Source: Hypanus sabinus (taxonomy: Eukaryota). Taken from it: a DNA stretch of 64,000 nucleotides. Both the position numbers and the translations under genes were made by a program. Location of the stretch: the NCBI RefSeq assembly GCF_030144855.1, contig NC_082715.1:145948001-146012000 (forward strand). The letters are read 5' to 3'. The notes under the pieces were generated by a model. The model worked only from the letters and a program-made list of their open reading frames with translations. It did no database searches and was not told the DNA's origin. Below, in pieces: positions 36,966 through 51,074 of this stretch. Positions within the stretch are counted from its first letter, which is position 1. Every line of letters starts with the position of its first letter.

Positions 36966-38084
36966 TCAGAAGCATTAAGAAACATGTAAAGTTGTTTAAT
37001 AATAATAATAATAATAATAATAAAGTAATTAAATTTATTAAAACAATCAAAGCTAAACAGTTGTTAAATTAAACAAGTCAAAAATCCCTCCATTAAAATG
37101 GACTTGCTATTCCTGCATGGACTGGTGGACTGGCAGATCAATTGCTGACAGTCATGTTCCGCTGCTAGATCTCTCCTGCAGTTCAACAGTAGAGGCACAG
37201 TTGCCAATATTCCCGTGACAACCAGTCTGCAAGTTCTGGATTTCTGCTTTTGTGCAGGAGTCTTGATAATTGCAAGGAAAAAAGTGACAATTTGGTGTGG
37301 AATTGCCATCATTTCTCATTATGTCTCATATGTTTACAGAAATCATCTAGGTCTTTAATAAATCTCATGATGTTGTAGAACTCAGATGCTATTTTAGATA
37401 ATTGACTGCATGTGTTACAGTAATCTTCATCCACAAAGTGTGTACCCTCATGGTACAATTCCCCACTCAGACAGCCGATAATGACAATTAGAATTCTTTA
37501 CTGCCAGATGTGGCATTGTGCTGCTGTATATTCACACTGGTCAGTCTCAGATTAGTTCGTGTTCCTGTGCAGAGTATGAAACACAAGATCCAAGAGTCAC
37601 ATTGATTTGCACATGTACATCAAAACATATGGTGAAAATGCATAGGTTGTGTTAACACCAACACTCTCGATGATGCGCTGGGGGCAACTTGGGAGTGTCA
37701 CCATCACACCATGCTTGGGAGAACAACACAGAACACAACAACAGCAAAACCTCCCATCTGCTCACCCATGAACATAAACAATCGTCCAACCCCAGGACAA
37801 GCTGCCTTTGGCCATCAGTCTCCAGTGGAATGGAAGTCCATATTCCAGTCACTTAGAATGACAAGAATGGAGATGTGTGGGAACACCACCACTTCCACGT
37901 AACAGACCAATTTGATATGGATGTACTTTACTATTTCTTCATTGGGTCGTGCTAGTCTTTCACCAAATGAACTGTGGTACTTTAACGGGGTGGTACAATA
38001 TAGCCACCTCAGTTATGGGTGGGCACTTAACCCTGCTCCTGACGATGATGCCCGAATCTAGGTCGAAATGAGCAAGACTGGGGC

Positions 38085-38373
38085 GCCCGGTCATGTAGTG
38101 GTTGGTGCGATGCTGTTACAGCTCGTGCATTGGAGTTCAGAGTTCAATTCCGGCGCTATCTGTAAGGGGTTTGCTCATTCTCCCTGTGGTCGCATGGGTT
38201 TCCTCTGGGTGCTCCGGTTTTCTCCCATGGTCCAAATACATACCGGTTACTAGGTTAGTTGGTCATTGTAAATTGTCCTGTGATTAGGCTAGGGTTAAAT
38301 TGCTGGGTAGCTGGGCGGTGTGGCTCACTGGGCAGAGAGCGCCCATTCCATGCTGTATCTCTAAATAAATAAA
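38085..38373 (+). mobile_element. tRNA-derived V-SINE (HE1-like)
   Basis: Box B-like GAGTTCAATTCC; V-core GGGTTTCCTCTGGGTGCTCCGGTTT; (TAAA)n tail. Confidence 0.75.
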
Positions 38374-38499
38374 TCAAAGAGTAGAATGCAGTATGAGTGA
38401 AAATCGGGCAGCATTCTTGCTCCCTGGCATAAGACTTCCTTCAGAAAGTTTGTGTTCTGCTTTCTGTCTCTAACCTGTGATTGCCAATCATCATTACAG

Positions 38500-38667
38500 C
38501 CTCCTCGAATGTGTGATGATTACTGGAGTGAATGGAAGCATTGTCGGAGTGTGAGGAATCTCTTCCATCATTACTACACCTACGGAGAGTACCCGTCATG
38601 TAAGCAGTGGAAGATAGATTACAACAATTGCAGGGAATGGGAAAAACATAAGTCTGAAGAGTCTAAG
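38500..38667 (+). CDS. C22orf39: C22orf39 coding exon 2
   Basis: ttacag| acceptor and AAG|gtgaga donor; 168 nt, phase 0-0; PPRMCDDYWSEWKHCRSVRNLFHHYYTYGEYPSCKQWKIDYNNCREWE matches the UPF0545 family (twin CX9C). Confidence 0.95.
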
Positions 38668-41600
38668 GTGAGATTTCTGAATAAAACATGTATAGATGTA
38701 GTATTTCTGCATTTAGCTAAATAGTACCCTAATTTTTCTTGGGATTTCTTTTGGAAATATGCCCTTTTTCTTATTTTAATCTTAGATTTATAATTTAAAG
38801 TAGATACAGCAAATGCTGGAAACACTCATTAGGTAGGCAGTGTCTGTGGAAGCACCCAATTCAAATCTGGGTGCTTCTGACTAACATTAACTTAGTTTAT
38901 TATTATACCATGTACTGACATGTAAAACTTTGCAATACCATCCATACAGATTATTTCATTACAACAGGGCAATATGAAAGTATTAGCAGGAAAAAGTGTG
39001 TTAACACTTAAGGAGAAAGTGCAGTGTGAGGCAATGATGAGGTAAGACTGAGGTCAGGAGTCCATCTTGTCATACTAGAGGACTACTCAATAGTCTTCTA
39101 ACAGCAGGATAGAAGCCGTCTAAATATTTCTCTCCACAGATTCTCCCTAACTTCTTGTGTACTTGCAGTGTTTCATGGTTTTGGATCAGATTTCCACTAT
39201 TTGCGTATTTGTGAACTTGTTATATTTTGAAAGGTATTGTCTATTATTTTTCTTGTGTGTGCTGGATGTTGTTATTGTCCTTCATTTGAGGTAATTATTT
39301 TTAAACACATAATCAATTTATTCCCCAGAAAAAATTAGAAGCAAAAGTAGACCATTTGGCTCCTTCTAGCTACTCTGCTATTCATTAAGTTTGTCACTGT
39401 TCTTTCATGCCAATATCACTTCCCAGTACTAACTCCATGACCCTTAATATTGAAGAATTTAGTGATATCCTTCTTGGCTAAATTCAGTGATCAAGTCTCC
39501 ATTCCTCATTGGCTAGCTAATTCTAAAAACTTATTATCCTCTGGATGAAGATGATTTTTTTTATCATTCCTTTCCTGAATGATCATTTATTTTGAGACCA
39601 GTGCTCCAGCCTGAGACTCCCCAATCCAGGAAACAGTTTGCCAGTGTCTACCCTGGCAAACCCTTTAAAAATTTTTATCTGCCTTCCCTAAACTCAAATG
39701 AGAATAGGCCCGGTCTGCCCAATGTTTTGTTAGAGGCAATTACCCCTGCCCCCCCCCCCCCCCCAATCCCAGTAATTTATACTCTGTTGCACTCTCTTTG
39801 TTACGAGTATATCCTTAAATGTGCTCTGGATTTCCAAATAACTTTGCAACCAATTTAGGACTTTCCAAGTATGGCCCCATTGCTATAACACATTCAATAA
39901 TTTGTGGAGATAAAAGTGCAAATGTCAACATAATCTTTTTTTTCCTGGGGCAAATATCATTAAGGCCTTGCCTTCTTCAAAATACTGCAATTATGTCATT
40001 TAAATTCACACAGAAGAACAGATGGGGTGTCAGGCTAACCCTTGTTTATGCACCTTTCTTTACATCGTATTTGAATGCCAACTTGAATCTACAGTTTTCT
40101 CATACAGAAGCAAAACTGTCAGCAACTGAACCACTTGCTGTATAAACTTCATTGATACGTGATTTCTGTGTGTGGTCTTAGACTTGAAACCACAATGGCA
40201 GGTGTTCGAATGCAAATGGTTTCAGAGATGAACTGGAGTTCAAGAATTAGGGATCAAGGTTGTCTCCCTAGTTTGAGAGTCTTGGTCCAGGAATACAAAA
40301 CATACCTTCAGTGGTGACTTTATTAGGTACACCTGCTTGTTAATGGAAATATCTAATCAACGAATTATATGACAGCAATTCAAGCAGAAAAGCATGCAGA
40401 CATAGTTAAGAGATTCAGTTGTTGTTCAGACCAAACATAAGAATGGAGAAGATATGTGATCTAAGTGTCTTTGGATGGATTGTTGGTATCTTAGAAACTA
40501 ACGATCTCCTGGGATTTTCAGGCACAACCTTCTCTAGAGTTTACAGAGAATGGTGTGAAAAATCCAGTGAGTGGCAGTTCTGAGCGCGAAAATGCCTTGT
40601 TAATGAGAGAGGTGAAAGGAGAATAGACAGACTGGTTCAAGCTAACAGGAAGGAGACAGTAACTCAAATAACCGTACGCTACAACGTTGTTCAGAAGGTC
40701 ATCTCTGAATCCACCGCACATTGAACCTAGAAGTAGATGGACTGTAGCAGCAGAAGTCCATAAGTGGCCACTTTATTAGGAACAGGAGGTACTGAATAAA
40801 GAGTGTATACACCCAAATAGTTTTAGCCATCTATGGGAAGTTACTGAATAGCTGAAGAATTATTTTGTTAGAGTACATCGACTGAAATAATAGGTTAGTA
40901 AAGAGAGAATGAACTTTTAATTTACTGACATTTTTCAGTATGTTCCAAAATAACATACTGCTTGTGAACAGAGTTCTTTGACTTGCAACCATCAACTTAG
41001 TAATTGACCATTGAATCTACTTCTATTTGGGGAATAAATATTTATCTATACAGCTCGAGAACTGTCCTACCACAAAAAGGAGGGTATCGATAAACCTCGC
41101 ACATACACTTTTGAGTTTAGAAAGTTGAGAGCCTTTAAAATAATAGCTTCTACAGTGTAAAGAATCCTTGAGGACATTAAACTGAGAGGATACACATTTA
41201 AAGGTTCAATCAAGGAACACTTTCCACACAAGAAATAATTGTTAAGTATGTAACTTTCTTTACCAACAAGGAGTGGATGCTGGGTCAAATGAAAATTTCA
41301 CTGCTAAACTTTGATGGGCAAGGGTAGCTGGTGATTGCAGCAATGGCAGGTAGTTGGACTAGTGACTTCGATAGAGTATTGAATGGGATGAAACAGGGGT
41401 GATAGAGCTGGAGTAAGTAAAGTTAGTGATTTTGGAAATTTTCACTCTGCAGTATTGTTGGTCTCTGAATTGGAGTACCAGGAAGAACTGTTGATTGAAT
41501 ATTATTTTTAATGCAGTTGGTAGTAGCAAGTATAAAAGTAAAGGACATGTTAACTTTGTCTGGAATGTTGATTCATCAGAAAGAACCACAATGTAAGACC

Positions 41601-42456
41601 TATAGTACTAAGGTGGTGATACAGTGGGAACTCTGAAGCCATGATTGAACATGTGGCGATAAGTTGGTGGAAGATGGAAGGAACATTTTGGTTTCAGTTG
41701 GCAAAATGTTTGAATCGTCTTTTGTCAGTTTAACCTCTTAAATGTTATGACCTTGTGAAAAAGAATTAACAGTAATTAGTCTAAAAATAATCTGAGAGTT
41801 TGGCAGGATAATTGCAAAAATGTTTTAATTGGAAATAAGCATTTCTCTTCTTAAGCACAATTGGTCATATAGATTGCGAAGATCCCAAATCTTTAGTGTA
41901 TGTAATAACTTGATTTGAACTGTGACACAAGTTTGGGGTGCAGCTGGCTAACTAATGCCATTGGTTAGATGGAAGGAAATGTCAGCAGCAGCTCTTGTTC
42001 CGATTGCCCATCATCGATATGTGGCTGAGAGCTCGTATAGTGAATGAGCAAACCCGATACCCTGCTGTCACCTAGAAAGGGTCAATGAGTCTTTGACATT
42101 ATTGATCATTTTTTTTGTGTGGGGAGGAGAGATTTTGGGGTTGATGATCGTGCTGTCATTCTTTTCTTTCTTGGTTTCGTGGCTATCTGGAGAAGAAGTA
42201 TTTCAGAGTTGTATACTTTGATAATAAATGAACCTTTGAATTGAGATATGTGCATGAATGAGCTATTCTTGAACAAGTAACTGGCAATACCAAAAAGAAT
42301 CCCAGTCAGGAATCACTATCTCTTTATTGTTGAGCTTCCTAAAAGAGTATTTCTTTAATGCAAAACTTTGATATTCTTTCTACAACAGCTGTAGCAGCAG
42401 CCTCTGGCTGAAAGCAAATATGGCTCTAACTGTAAAAATTTATTTTAATTTCACAG

Positions 42457-42582
42457 AAAGCCTTGTGTGAGAGTGAAAAGAAAAGGTTAGAAGAACAAAA
42501 GAGGCATCTTCCAGTCTGGAAGATGAGGAAGAATCCACCAGCTGAATGGTATCTTCCCCTGAATGATGGAAAAGTGAAATAG
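42457..42582 (+). CDS. C22orf39: C22orf39 coding exon 3 (to TAG)
   Basis: tttcacag| acceptor; KALCESEKKRLEEQKRHLPVWKMRKNPPAEWYLPL matches the family C-terminus; spliced ORF is 105 aa. Confidence 0.95.
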   Translation, partial: KALCESEKKRLEEQKRHLPVWKMRKNPPAEWYLPLNDGKVK

Positions 42583-42836
42583 AGGGATTGTTCACACCCG
42601 GAGTTAAACCACCAGACTATTGGATAACTGCCCATTATTTCTCAGCTGTGCATCTACTGGATTCAGGTCAATCCACTCAAAATAGTTTCTCAGGGTCTTA
42701 ATAGCATCAGTTAATCTGATTTACTTTTGGAGTATGGTACAATGTCCGTCTGCGATCAAATACTCTAGCTGATACGTGATAGCTAGATACTGGAAATGTT
42801 TTAAAGGCAACACAACCTTAGGGAATTGTGTTCAAT

Positions 42837-42842
42837 AATAAA
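42837..42842 (+). terminator. Probable poly(A) signal of C22orf39
   Basis: AATAAA about 255 nt after the stop codon, followed by T-rich sequence. Confidence 0.6.
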
Positions 42843-43029
42843 TATTTGATTAATTTTATCTGCTGGGTTCTTGGAATGCTTTTTTACTTGTGGTTGTAGA
42901 AACTCTGAACCCAAACCCTCTTAAAGTATACAATATGAATGATGGCCACTAGCTAATTTGAATTCCCCATTTGTCCAGGTACACTAATGAGTATCAAGTA
43001 TTAACAAGCCCATGGCCTCCAACAGTGAT

Positions 43030-43590
43030 AATACTTGCATTCTGTCTCCTGTAAAGACTCTTCTCAATTCTCTCAGTTCCTTTATCTTCACTGTATATTC
43101 TAATGAAGACCCTCTCCAGAAGGGCCTCCAAAGTATCTCCTGAATCATGGCCTCCCCTCTAACATATTTGACAGAACTCTTCACTGCATCTCATCTGTTT
43201 TCCTGCTGTCACATTCTCCTGGACAGGTCAAAGTTCCCCTGGACATAGTCTTCCAGCCTACCTGTTAATGCATTTAACAGATCTTTCACTTTTTCCACCC
43301 ACCTTCAAGATTCCACGAACAGAAACATTTTCCCATCCCGTTCCTTCAACGTTTGCAGTGACTGCCCTTTGTGACATCGTGGTCCACTTCTCTAATACCA
43401 CCCCATCACCTACTCCTGGTGTAGATTCTCAGGCAAACACGATCACCTGCTCTTTCCCTGTTTTTCTGTCTATTATCCAGGGACCGAAACAGTTCTACCA
43501 AATAAAGCAGCAACCCAGTTGCATTTCTTCCAATCTAATGTGCTGCATTAGGAGTTGTCAACGTGGTCTCCTCTGTGCTGGAGAAAAGGT
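43030..43590 (+). mobile_element. Degenerate Penelope fragment between the C22orf39 and MRPL40 3' ends
   Basis: IIQGPKQFYQIKQQPSCISSNLMCCIRSCQRGLL parallels the GIY-YIG region of the 24.6 kb copy. Confidence 0.7.
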
Positions 43591-44341
43591 TGTTCGTCTG
43601 CCATGGGGAGTACTGCCAGGAGAATGCTGTTGCTTGCCATTTTAATTTTCTATTTCTATTCACTCTATCTGTCTTCTGCATAGATATAACAGTATACACA
43701 GTAAGTTTAACAAGTTTAACAAACAGCAACACATCTGGTACTTGGTCATGTTGCAGCCTTGCTATCAAATTCCAGAACTGCAGATCACTGTATTTCTGCA
43801 TTAGATATGGCTATTTCTGCTGTAAATTATCCACCTTGTGTTATGAGTTTCTTTTATTTTCACTGCATTGGTAGAGCCTGGCTGTTGGACATGACCTACA
43901 GTCTTGCACTTTGCACCCTTTCACTCTCATTGCATGTTCTCTCTCATTTCCCCCAACTGGACAACCTGTAAATTTGTGCCATAGCAATGAATTTGCTGTG
44001 GTAGATATGTCCTACCCCTCTCACCTCTACCTTTTCTGCAGCATAAAACTAGCTCGTTTCCCAGCCCCCTCTCTTCTGAAGGATCTTCAACCTCTTTCCA
44101 CCGATGTCACCTGTTTGTAGTATTTTGTGCTTTTATTTTGAGATTTCCAAATGGGTTTTTGCCCCCATTTTCTCTTTAGTTAGCTAGTCAATTAACATTA
44201 TTATTACTAATTTCTACATGTATTTTAACCACAGTTTTCAAAGAGCACTGATAAGCATTCAAGGAGATGGCAACTTTTCTGAAAACTTGCTACTTGGAAA
44301 TATTCCATAAATACTGCAGTATTACATTCACTTTATGACTA

Positions 44342-44347
44342 TTTATT
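44342..44347 (-). terminator. Probable poly(A) signal of MRPL40
   Basis: AATAAA on the minus strand about 53 nt after the stop codon. Confidence 0.6.
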
Positions 44348-44399
44348 TAGAAAAATGAGTTTTAAAGGACAAGTGGAAAATAAAGGGTTCTCATACACA

Positions 44400-44709
44400 T
44401 CACTGAGTATAAACTTTGGTAGTATCTCTGTATTTTCCATCAGGTGCTTGGTAGTCAGTTATAGGAGGAGTGTAACTACATCCTGGTAGTTCCAATGGGA
44501 AAAGTCCTTGGTCTTGTTTAATGGCAGCCTGGTACAAATCCTCTGATTCAAGTCGCAGTTCTTGTAGAGCTTCGTGCTGTGCATCTATCATGGATTGTAT
44601 TATTTCCTGTTCCTTTTCATGTTCCTTCTGCTTATATTGTGACCATTCCTTCATAAGAAGTGCTCGTCGCTCACTCTCTTCCTCCGTCAGTTTGGGTGGG
44701 TCTCGAACT
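44400..44709 (-). CDS. MRPL40: MRPL40 coding exon 4 (to TGA)
   Basis: EEESERRALLMKEWSQYK...YTPPITDYQAPDGKYRDTTKVYTQ; the four exons total 585 nt, i.e. 194 aa. Confidence 0.95.
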
Positions 44710-45479
44710 CTAGGTAACATAGATAATGTTATTCAGCTGTTCCAGTGGTCGTCATTAGTAAACAAGGTGAGCACTCTACTTTCTGGCCTGAAATTATGTT
44801 TGCAGAATCTGCACTGGAGATCGTCATAGAATAATCAGAAACAGCACAAAAAGAGGCTCCTCAATCCACCAGGTCCAGGCTGACCATCAACCATGTATCC
44901 ACACTGATCCAACTGTAACCCACTTTCACTATCCCCACAGTCCGATCAACTCCCCAAAGTTCCACCACTCACCAACACTGTGTGGGCAAATTCAATGGAC
45001 AAGTGACATGTAAACCTACACATCTTTAGCACGTGAAAGGAAACTGTACTGTGGTCACTACAAGAATATACAAACACCCCAGTGACAGCAACAAAGATCA
45101 GGACTGAACTTGGGTCTCCTGCTGGCAGGTTTTGGGTTTAACCAGCTGTGTCATTCTTCAAGTGATAATAGGATGCTTCACAGATTGTTTAGGGAATTTT
45201 ATTCACTCAAATGATAAATGAATGAGTAGTTAATTAATCTTCAATGATATTAATTAAGGGAGTTTGCCAGAATTTACTACTTTAAAACTGTAGGTCTTGG
45301 GAGTAATTTGGAATCTTGTTTCAAAGTTTTAATTGAAAGAAGAACAAAATAAATGGTAATCTGTGGATCTTTGTGACAGTGGGAAGTTCTAAGGTACATG
45401 CTGTAGTCAATTGTGTACAGCCATTTCCCATAAACAGCATTATGAAAATTACAAAATCTGTTAGCAACAGGGTTATGTA

Positions 45480-46935
45480 AATGTGGTCTTAACTTCATCT
45501 AAGTCATAACAATAGACAAACACAATCTGCCTAAGTTAATAACAAACAATTGTACTTCTCATCAATACTGAATGCACCATTTTTACAATCACAAACTAGG
45601 TTCAAAAAAGTATGTGAACCTCTGGAGTATAATGCCTTCTACAAAAGCTATTTGGAGTCAGGTGTTACAATCAATGAGATTGGACATGTGGGGTGTGGAA
45701 GTGCCCTGTTCTATAAAAGATACACAAAGCTGGGTTACTGACAGAGCCTGTTCTTCTCAAGAAAGATCTGTTTATGTGCACCAAGCCTCGATCAGAACAA
45801 TTTTCAGAGGAACTTAGAATAAGGATTGTAGAGATGCATGAAGCTGGAAAAGGCTACAAAAGCATTTCTAAAGCCCTGAATGTTCATCAGTCCACAGTAA
45901 GAGAAATAATCTAGAAATGGAGGAAATTCAGTTCTGTTGTTAACTCTCCCAAGGAGTGGGTGTCCTGCAAAAGTCACACGAACAGCACAATGTGCAATGC
46001 TGAAGGAGGTGTGGGAAGAACCCAAGGGTAACAGCGAAAGACCTGCAGAAATCTCTAGCACTTGCTAAAGTCTCTGTTCAGGTGGACACTTTAAGAAAAA
46101 CAAGAATGGTGTTCATGGAAGACCACTGCTCTCCAAAAAAAAAATTGCAACACATTTCAAGTTTGCAAAAAGCTACCTGGCTTTACAATTCTAATTGGAT
46201 AAAATTCTGTGGATAGACTGACAAAAGTTGAACTCGTTGGCAGAAATGCACACCAACACCAAAACCTCATCCCTAGTGTGAAGCATGGTGGAAGGAGCAT
46301 CATGGTTTGGGGCTGCTTTGCTGCCTCAGGCCTTGGACAGCTTGCAATGGTTGCGGGAACAATGTATTTTACAAAGTCATTTTACAGGAGAATGTCAGGG
46401 TAGCAGTCTGTCACCTGAAGCTTAATAGAAGTAGGATGATGCAACAAGACAGTGATCTGAAAGACAAGAGTAAATCAACAACAAGAATGGTTAAAAAGAA
46501 GAAAATTTGTCTTTTGGAATAGCCAAGTCAGAGTCCAGACCTTAACCCAATTGAGATGCTGTGGCATGACCTGAAGAGGGTTGTTCATGCAGGGTATCAC
46601 AGAAATATTGATGAACTGAAACAGTTTTGTATGGAGGAATGGTCTAAAATTTCTCCTCATTGATCACCACCAACAGGAAACATTAGGTGGAGATTATTGC
46701 TGCTAAAGGAGGTTCTACCAGTTATTAAGTGCCAGTTCACATACTTTCTAGCCTGGACTGTGAATGATTAAACAATGTGCTCAATAAAGATATGAAATGT
46801 TTGTGTATTATTAGTTTAGGCAGATTGCGTTTGTCTATTGTTGTGACTTAGATGAAGATCAGACCACATTTTATGAGTAATTAATGCAGAAAACCAGGTA
46901 ATCGCAAAGGGTTCACAAACATTTTCTTGAAACTG
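45480..46935 (+). mobile_element. Tc1 transposon with a pseudogenised transposase (MRPL40 intron 3)
   Basis: HEAGKGYKSISKALNV HTH; SVKHGGRSIMVWGCF, QQD and SPDLNPIE motifs; long TIRs with the right end CTG|TA. Confidence 0.9.
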
Positions 46936-47463
46936 TAAGCCATATTGAATGTTGGTCTCTGCTTCAAGGGCCAATAACTCATTCTTGCTCCTAATTTATT
47001 TATTGATGCTCAAAGAGCCTTTGGTTGACTGAAATCTGGCACACCAGATTTACACATTCACCTTGTGTTACAAGCTTAATATAAATATAATCAACATTTT
47101 AGCTGTCTGAAGAATATATTAGTTTAAAATTTTATTTAGATATACTCTGCTCTCTTCACTGCATTCACTACTTCTGTCCATTTGGGTTATACCTCGTATC
47201 TCACCATAACTTCCTTTTCCTGCACCTTTACCTGAGGCAATTAACATTTCCAGGTTGCACCTGGGGCCTTATAACCATTTGAAGGAAGATAAATAATAAT
47301 GATGACACCAAGGCAGTTCCATAACATGAAAATAAAGTCCAGGCTGGAAAATAAACTTTTAACAGCAATAATTGCGAAGAAATCTCATAACAGAAAGAAA
47401 GAAAGAAAACAATAGAAAAGCATATATTTCCACCTGAAATCTAGTTTCTCAGACTACACAAAC

Positions 47464-47619
47464 CTGCACTCTTCAAAGAACTTTGTGAGCGAGACAAAGT
47501 CTTCAATTGGGATCAGCTCTGGTGGAACCCGTTCCAATTTCTTCAATTTCTTTCTCAAACGGTCTCTCACCGCCAGCTCTCTTCTGGGATCCACTTTTTT
47601 CTTTTTCTTAGGCTCAGCT
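47464..47619 (-). CDS. MRPL40: MRPL40 coding exon 3
   Basis: ttttgcag| acceptor and AG|gtttgt donor; AEPKKKKKVDPRRE...ELIPIEDF is the mL40 signature. Confidence 0.95.
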
Positions 47620-48333
47620 CTGCAAAATAAATTAGCCCATGCAAATTGAATAAGTGGATTAATTTTGTCCACATCTTCGTTCCCCAGCCTCCCCTCACTA
47701 TCAACATGATGGCAAGGAGATCTGCTCCTAGTTTTTACTGTTGCCACTCTAGCAAAGGAGAAATCCAGTGATGATGAACACGTTTGATCAGGTTTACTCC
47801 CTGACCTAGCAGAAACAGTAATCAAAGTCGGAATTAAGCCTCGAGAAAATCACTGACATTCATTTTGAACCAAAATAATATAACACAATTCGATGCAAGG
47901 GTTTTGATTACAGATGTCAATAAATTTGTTGGATGTTAATAATGAGTTACAGCAACCTCATTATTTAAGTGTTTCCTATTCTCAAAATTTAATTGAATAA
48001 TTTAATTCATCCATATATTCTCTCTTCCTGACCCCTGAAAGTATGAACAGTTGCTGCATAGTGGCTAGATTAGTTGATATTTTCTATGTTCTCTCCAGAG
48101 ATAGACAATTTTTATTTGGCTCACACAGCGCAAGCAGATCAGGCTCAAAGATAATGATAAGCTTTGTTAGATTATTAGATTTACAGCATTAATTGTGTTA
48201 TATTTTAAAACTGTAATTAAAATTATCACAAAGTCAATCAAATTATTATCAAACACACACACACTACCCTGAGATTCATTGCCTTGCAGGCAATTACAGG
48301 AAAATAAAGAAGTTTTATATAAACAAGCATACA

Positions 48334-49213
48334 CAGTAGATTCCAGTTAATTGGGACACTTCATAAGCTGCTGCCCCAATTAGTCAAAGTTTCATGGAAA
48401 TAGTTAAAAAGGTATAGAAAAGACAAACTGAGTAACACGTACACAACGCTGGAAGAACTCAGCAGGTCAGGCAGCATCTGTGAGAAAAGAGTAGCGAATG
48501 TTTCGGGCTGAGACCCTTCATCAGGAACAAATTGAACCTTCAACCGAGTAACACATTGTGTATTTACATGAAACACAGAACATGTAAATTAGAACACTAT
48601 CAATACAACATAACTATAATACTGTGTATTAGTTCCTAACAGTTATCGACAGAAGAATCCATTCATTTTTTGCTGACGTGTTTTCTTGAATGACTGTAAA
48701 TGAACAAGATCAGTGCAGACAGATTGATGCAATACTCTCAACGATTGTATCCTCCAAGTCTTCATTTTCACTGTAACATTCAAGACGATTGTCTTTACCT
48801 TCAAATTCTTCATAGATCCTAAGTTGCTGAAGTAGTGAAATCATTTCATTTTCACTCTCAGCCATTACTGGCATCTCCAAGCCTGAATGCTTGATACTAC
48901 AGTGAGCAAAACAGTTCTGAATTGTCTTACTGCTTATTTCTCACCATTATCACTGACAAATATCACTGCTTTTTGAACATAAACACAAGGAACTAACACT
49001 ATTTAAAAAACTGTTCACTCTAAGTATGGTGTAGTGCCTAATGGCCACACAAGTGCATGCGACTAACGCTAGTTAGAAACTGTTCAGCACAATCTCCTGC
49101 CCCAATGTCCCAAATAAACGAAAGGAATCCTGCAATTTTCCTGATTTATTGTTTTTCTTCATAATAAGCTGCTGCCCCAATTAACCGATAGCCCAATTAA
49201 CCAGAATCTACTG
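48334..49213. mobile_element. Tigger/pogo-like non-autonomous DNA transposon
   Basis: TIRs CAGTAGATTCCAGTTAATTGGG / CCCAATTAACCAGAATCTACTG; splits a LINE 3' fragment; contains a Penelope pLTR piece at 48437-48527. Confidence 0.75.
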
Positions 49214-51074
49214 AGAACATGAGCTGTAGTGTCCTTGAAAGTTATTTCATAGGTTATGGAATCAGCTCATAATCGAGGTGAGTTAAGTTATCTATGCTGT
49301 TCCTGTTCCTGAAGCTGGTAGTGTGGGAACTAAGGCTCCTGCACTTCCTACTCGATGGTAGTAGCGAGAAGTGAGCATGGCTTGGATGGTGCGGGTCCTT
49401 GTTTTGATGTATATGTAATACATAAATGAATCTGATTCTGAGTAGAGATTAACATCGATTAATGAATTAGCAACAATAATTATGGCCTTTCACAATAAAA
49501 GATTAGTCCTGTTGCTTATTTACATGTATTCATGTAAATAATTGTTTACATTATTCATTGTTTTACTATTAATAAGTATAATTGAGACAGATTGAAATAA
49601 ATGAATTTTTGAAAACCCGTTCAAAATTATTAATTTTATTCTTTTAATAAGAATTGAAAAGTAACATCATTTCTACATAGTGTTGTTATTGTACCTCATA
49701 TATAACATAAGTAATCAGAACGTGAAATTATAAACCGGTGCATACTCATAAAAGATCAAAGCAGAGGTTTCCAAACCTGGGGTCCATGCTTGCTTAATGA
49801 TATATTGGTCCATGGCATAAAAAAAGTTTGGGAACCCTTGAAGGAAACTTTCCTTTCTCAGTGAGACTTTTGTAGCTCCACTGATGGTGACAAATATTTT
49901 ATATATGGCTTGTATTCGATTGTTTTGAGAGCTATGCATGTTGGACTAGTTTCATCACTAAGTCTACTCCTATAATTAGACTTAACATCACTGAAAACAC
50001 AGATTCACATGAATATGTTGATGACAATACAGTTAATATTGCCACTGGAAGATTTTTCAGGCAGTTAAAAGTTTCAGGAATTAAATTCCAGAGTTTCAGA
50101 ACCCCATTATCTGGATTTTTAAACTTTGATCTAGTACTAACTGATCTCTTTCAATATTCTCCACTTCAACTCTTAAGTTGACAAATGTATGCCTTCAAAT
50201 TGAGTTCATTTCAAAACTATTCATATCATTCTACTGCAACACTTCCAAATTCAGTTTGTCTCATGTTACGCTGTCTGTATATTTGATGTATTTTACAGTT
50301 TCTTCAAATGACCTGAACATAGAAATTCTTAATTTGGCAGTGAAGATTGTCATTATCTATCTTTTTATTATGAGCGGGATTTAAACAACCCTGAGGCAGC
50401 ATTGCATGTTGTGTGCCAATAAAATGTTTGTGCATGCCATGTTGGACATGACTCCTGGACTTCTTAAGTGCTGTTAACTGCTTAACTGAAGCAGTTGCCT
50501 CGCTTCAACCATTCTCAGATAGTGCATTCCTAGTACTTGCTACACTCTGGGTAAACAAAGCTCCCCTCATATCTACTCTACATTTCTTCCCCTACCCCAA
50601 ATCTAGGTCCTCTTGTTTTATCTAGCTCTGATATGGAGAAATGTTGCCCCATCTATACCTCTCTAATTTCATACATCTCAATTATGTCCTCTCTTAACTT
50701 CCTCTGCTCCAGGGAGAGCAGACTTAGCTTCTCCGGTCTCTCCCCATAGCTCAATTGCTCCATCCAATGCAGCACGCTGGTGAATCTTCTCTGCACCCTC
50801 TCCAGTACTATCACGTCCTTCCTATAAGTTGTGAACAGAACCGCATGCAGACTTCCAGCTGAGGTCTGACCTAGGTATTATAAAAAGAAAACCTCCCTAC
50901 TTGTGTATTCAGGGCCCTGATAAAATGAAGGCCAGTATCCTGTGTGCCTCCCTAACCATGTTGTATACTTGCGTTGTCACCTTCAAGGATCTATGGACTT
51001 GTAAGAGGCCCTCAATATTCCCCAAGACCCTAGTATAATATTCCTAACAATATTAGTGATCTCTAGATGCAGCT

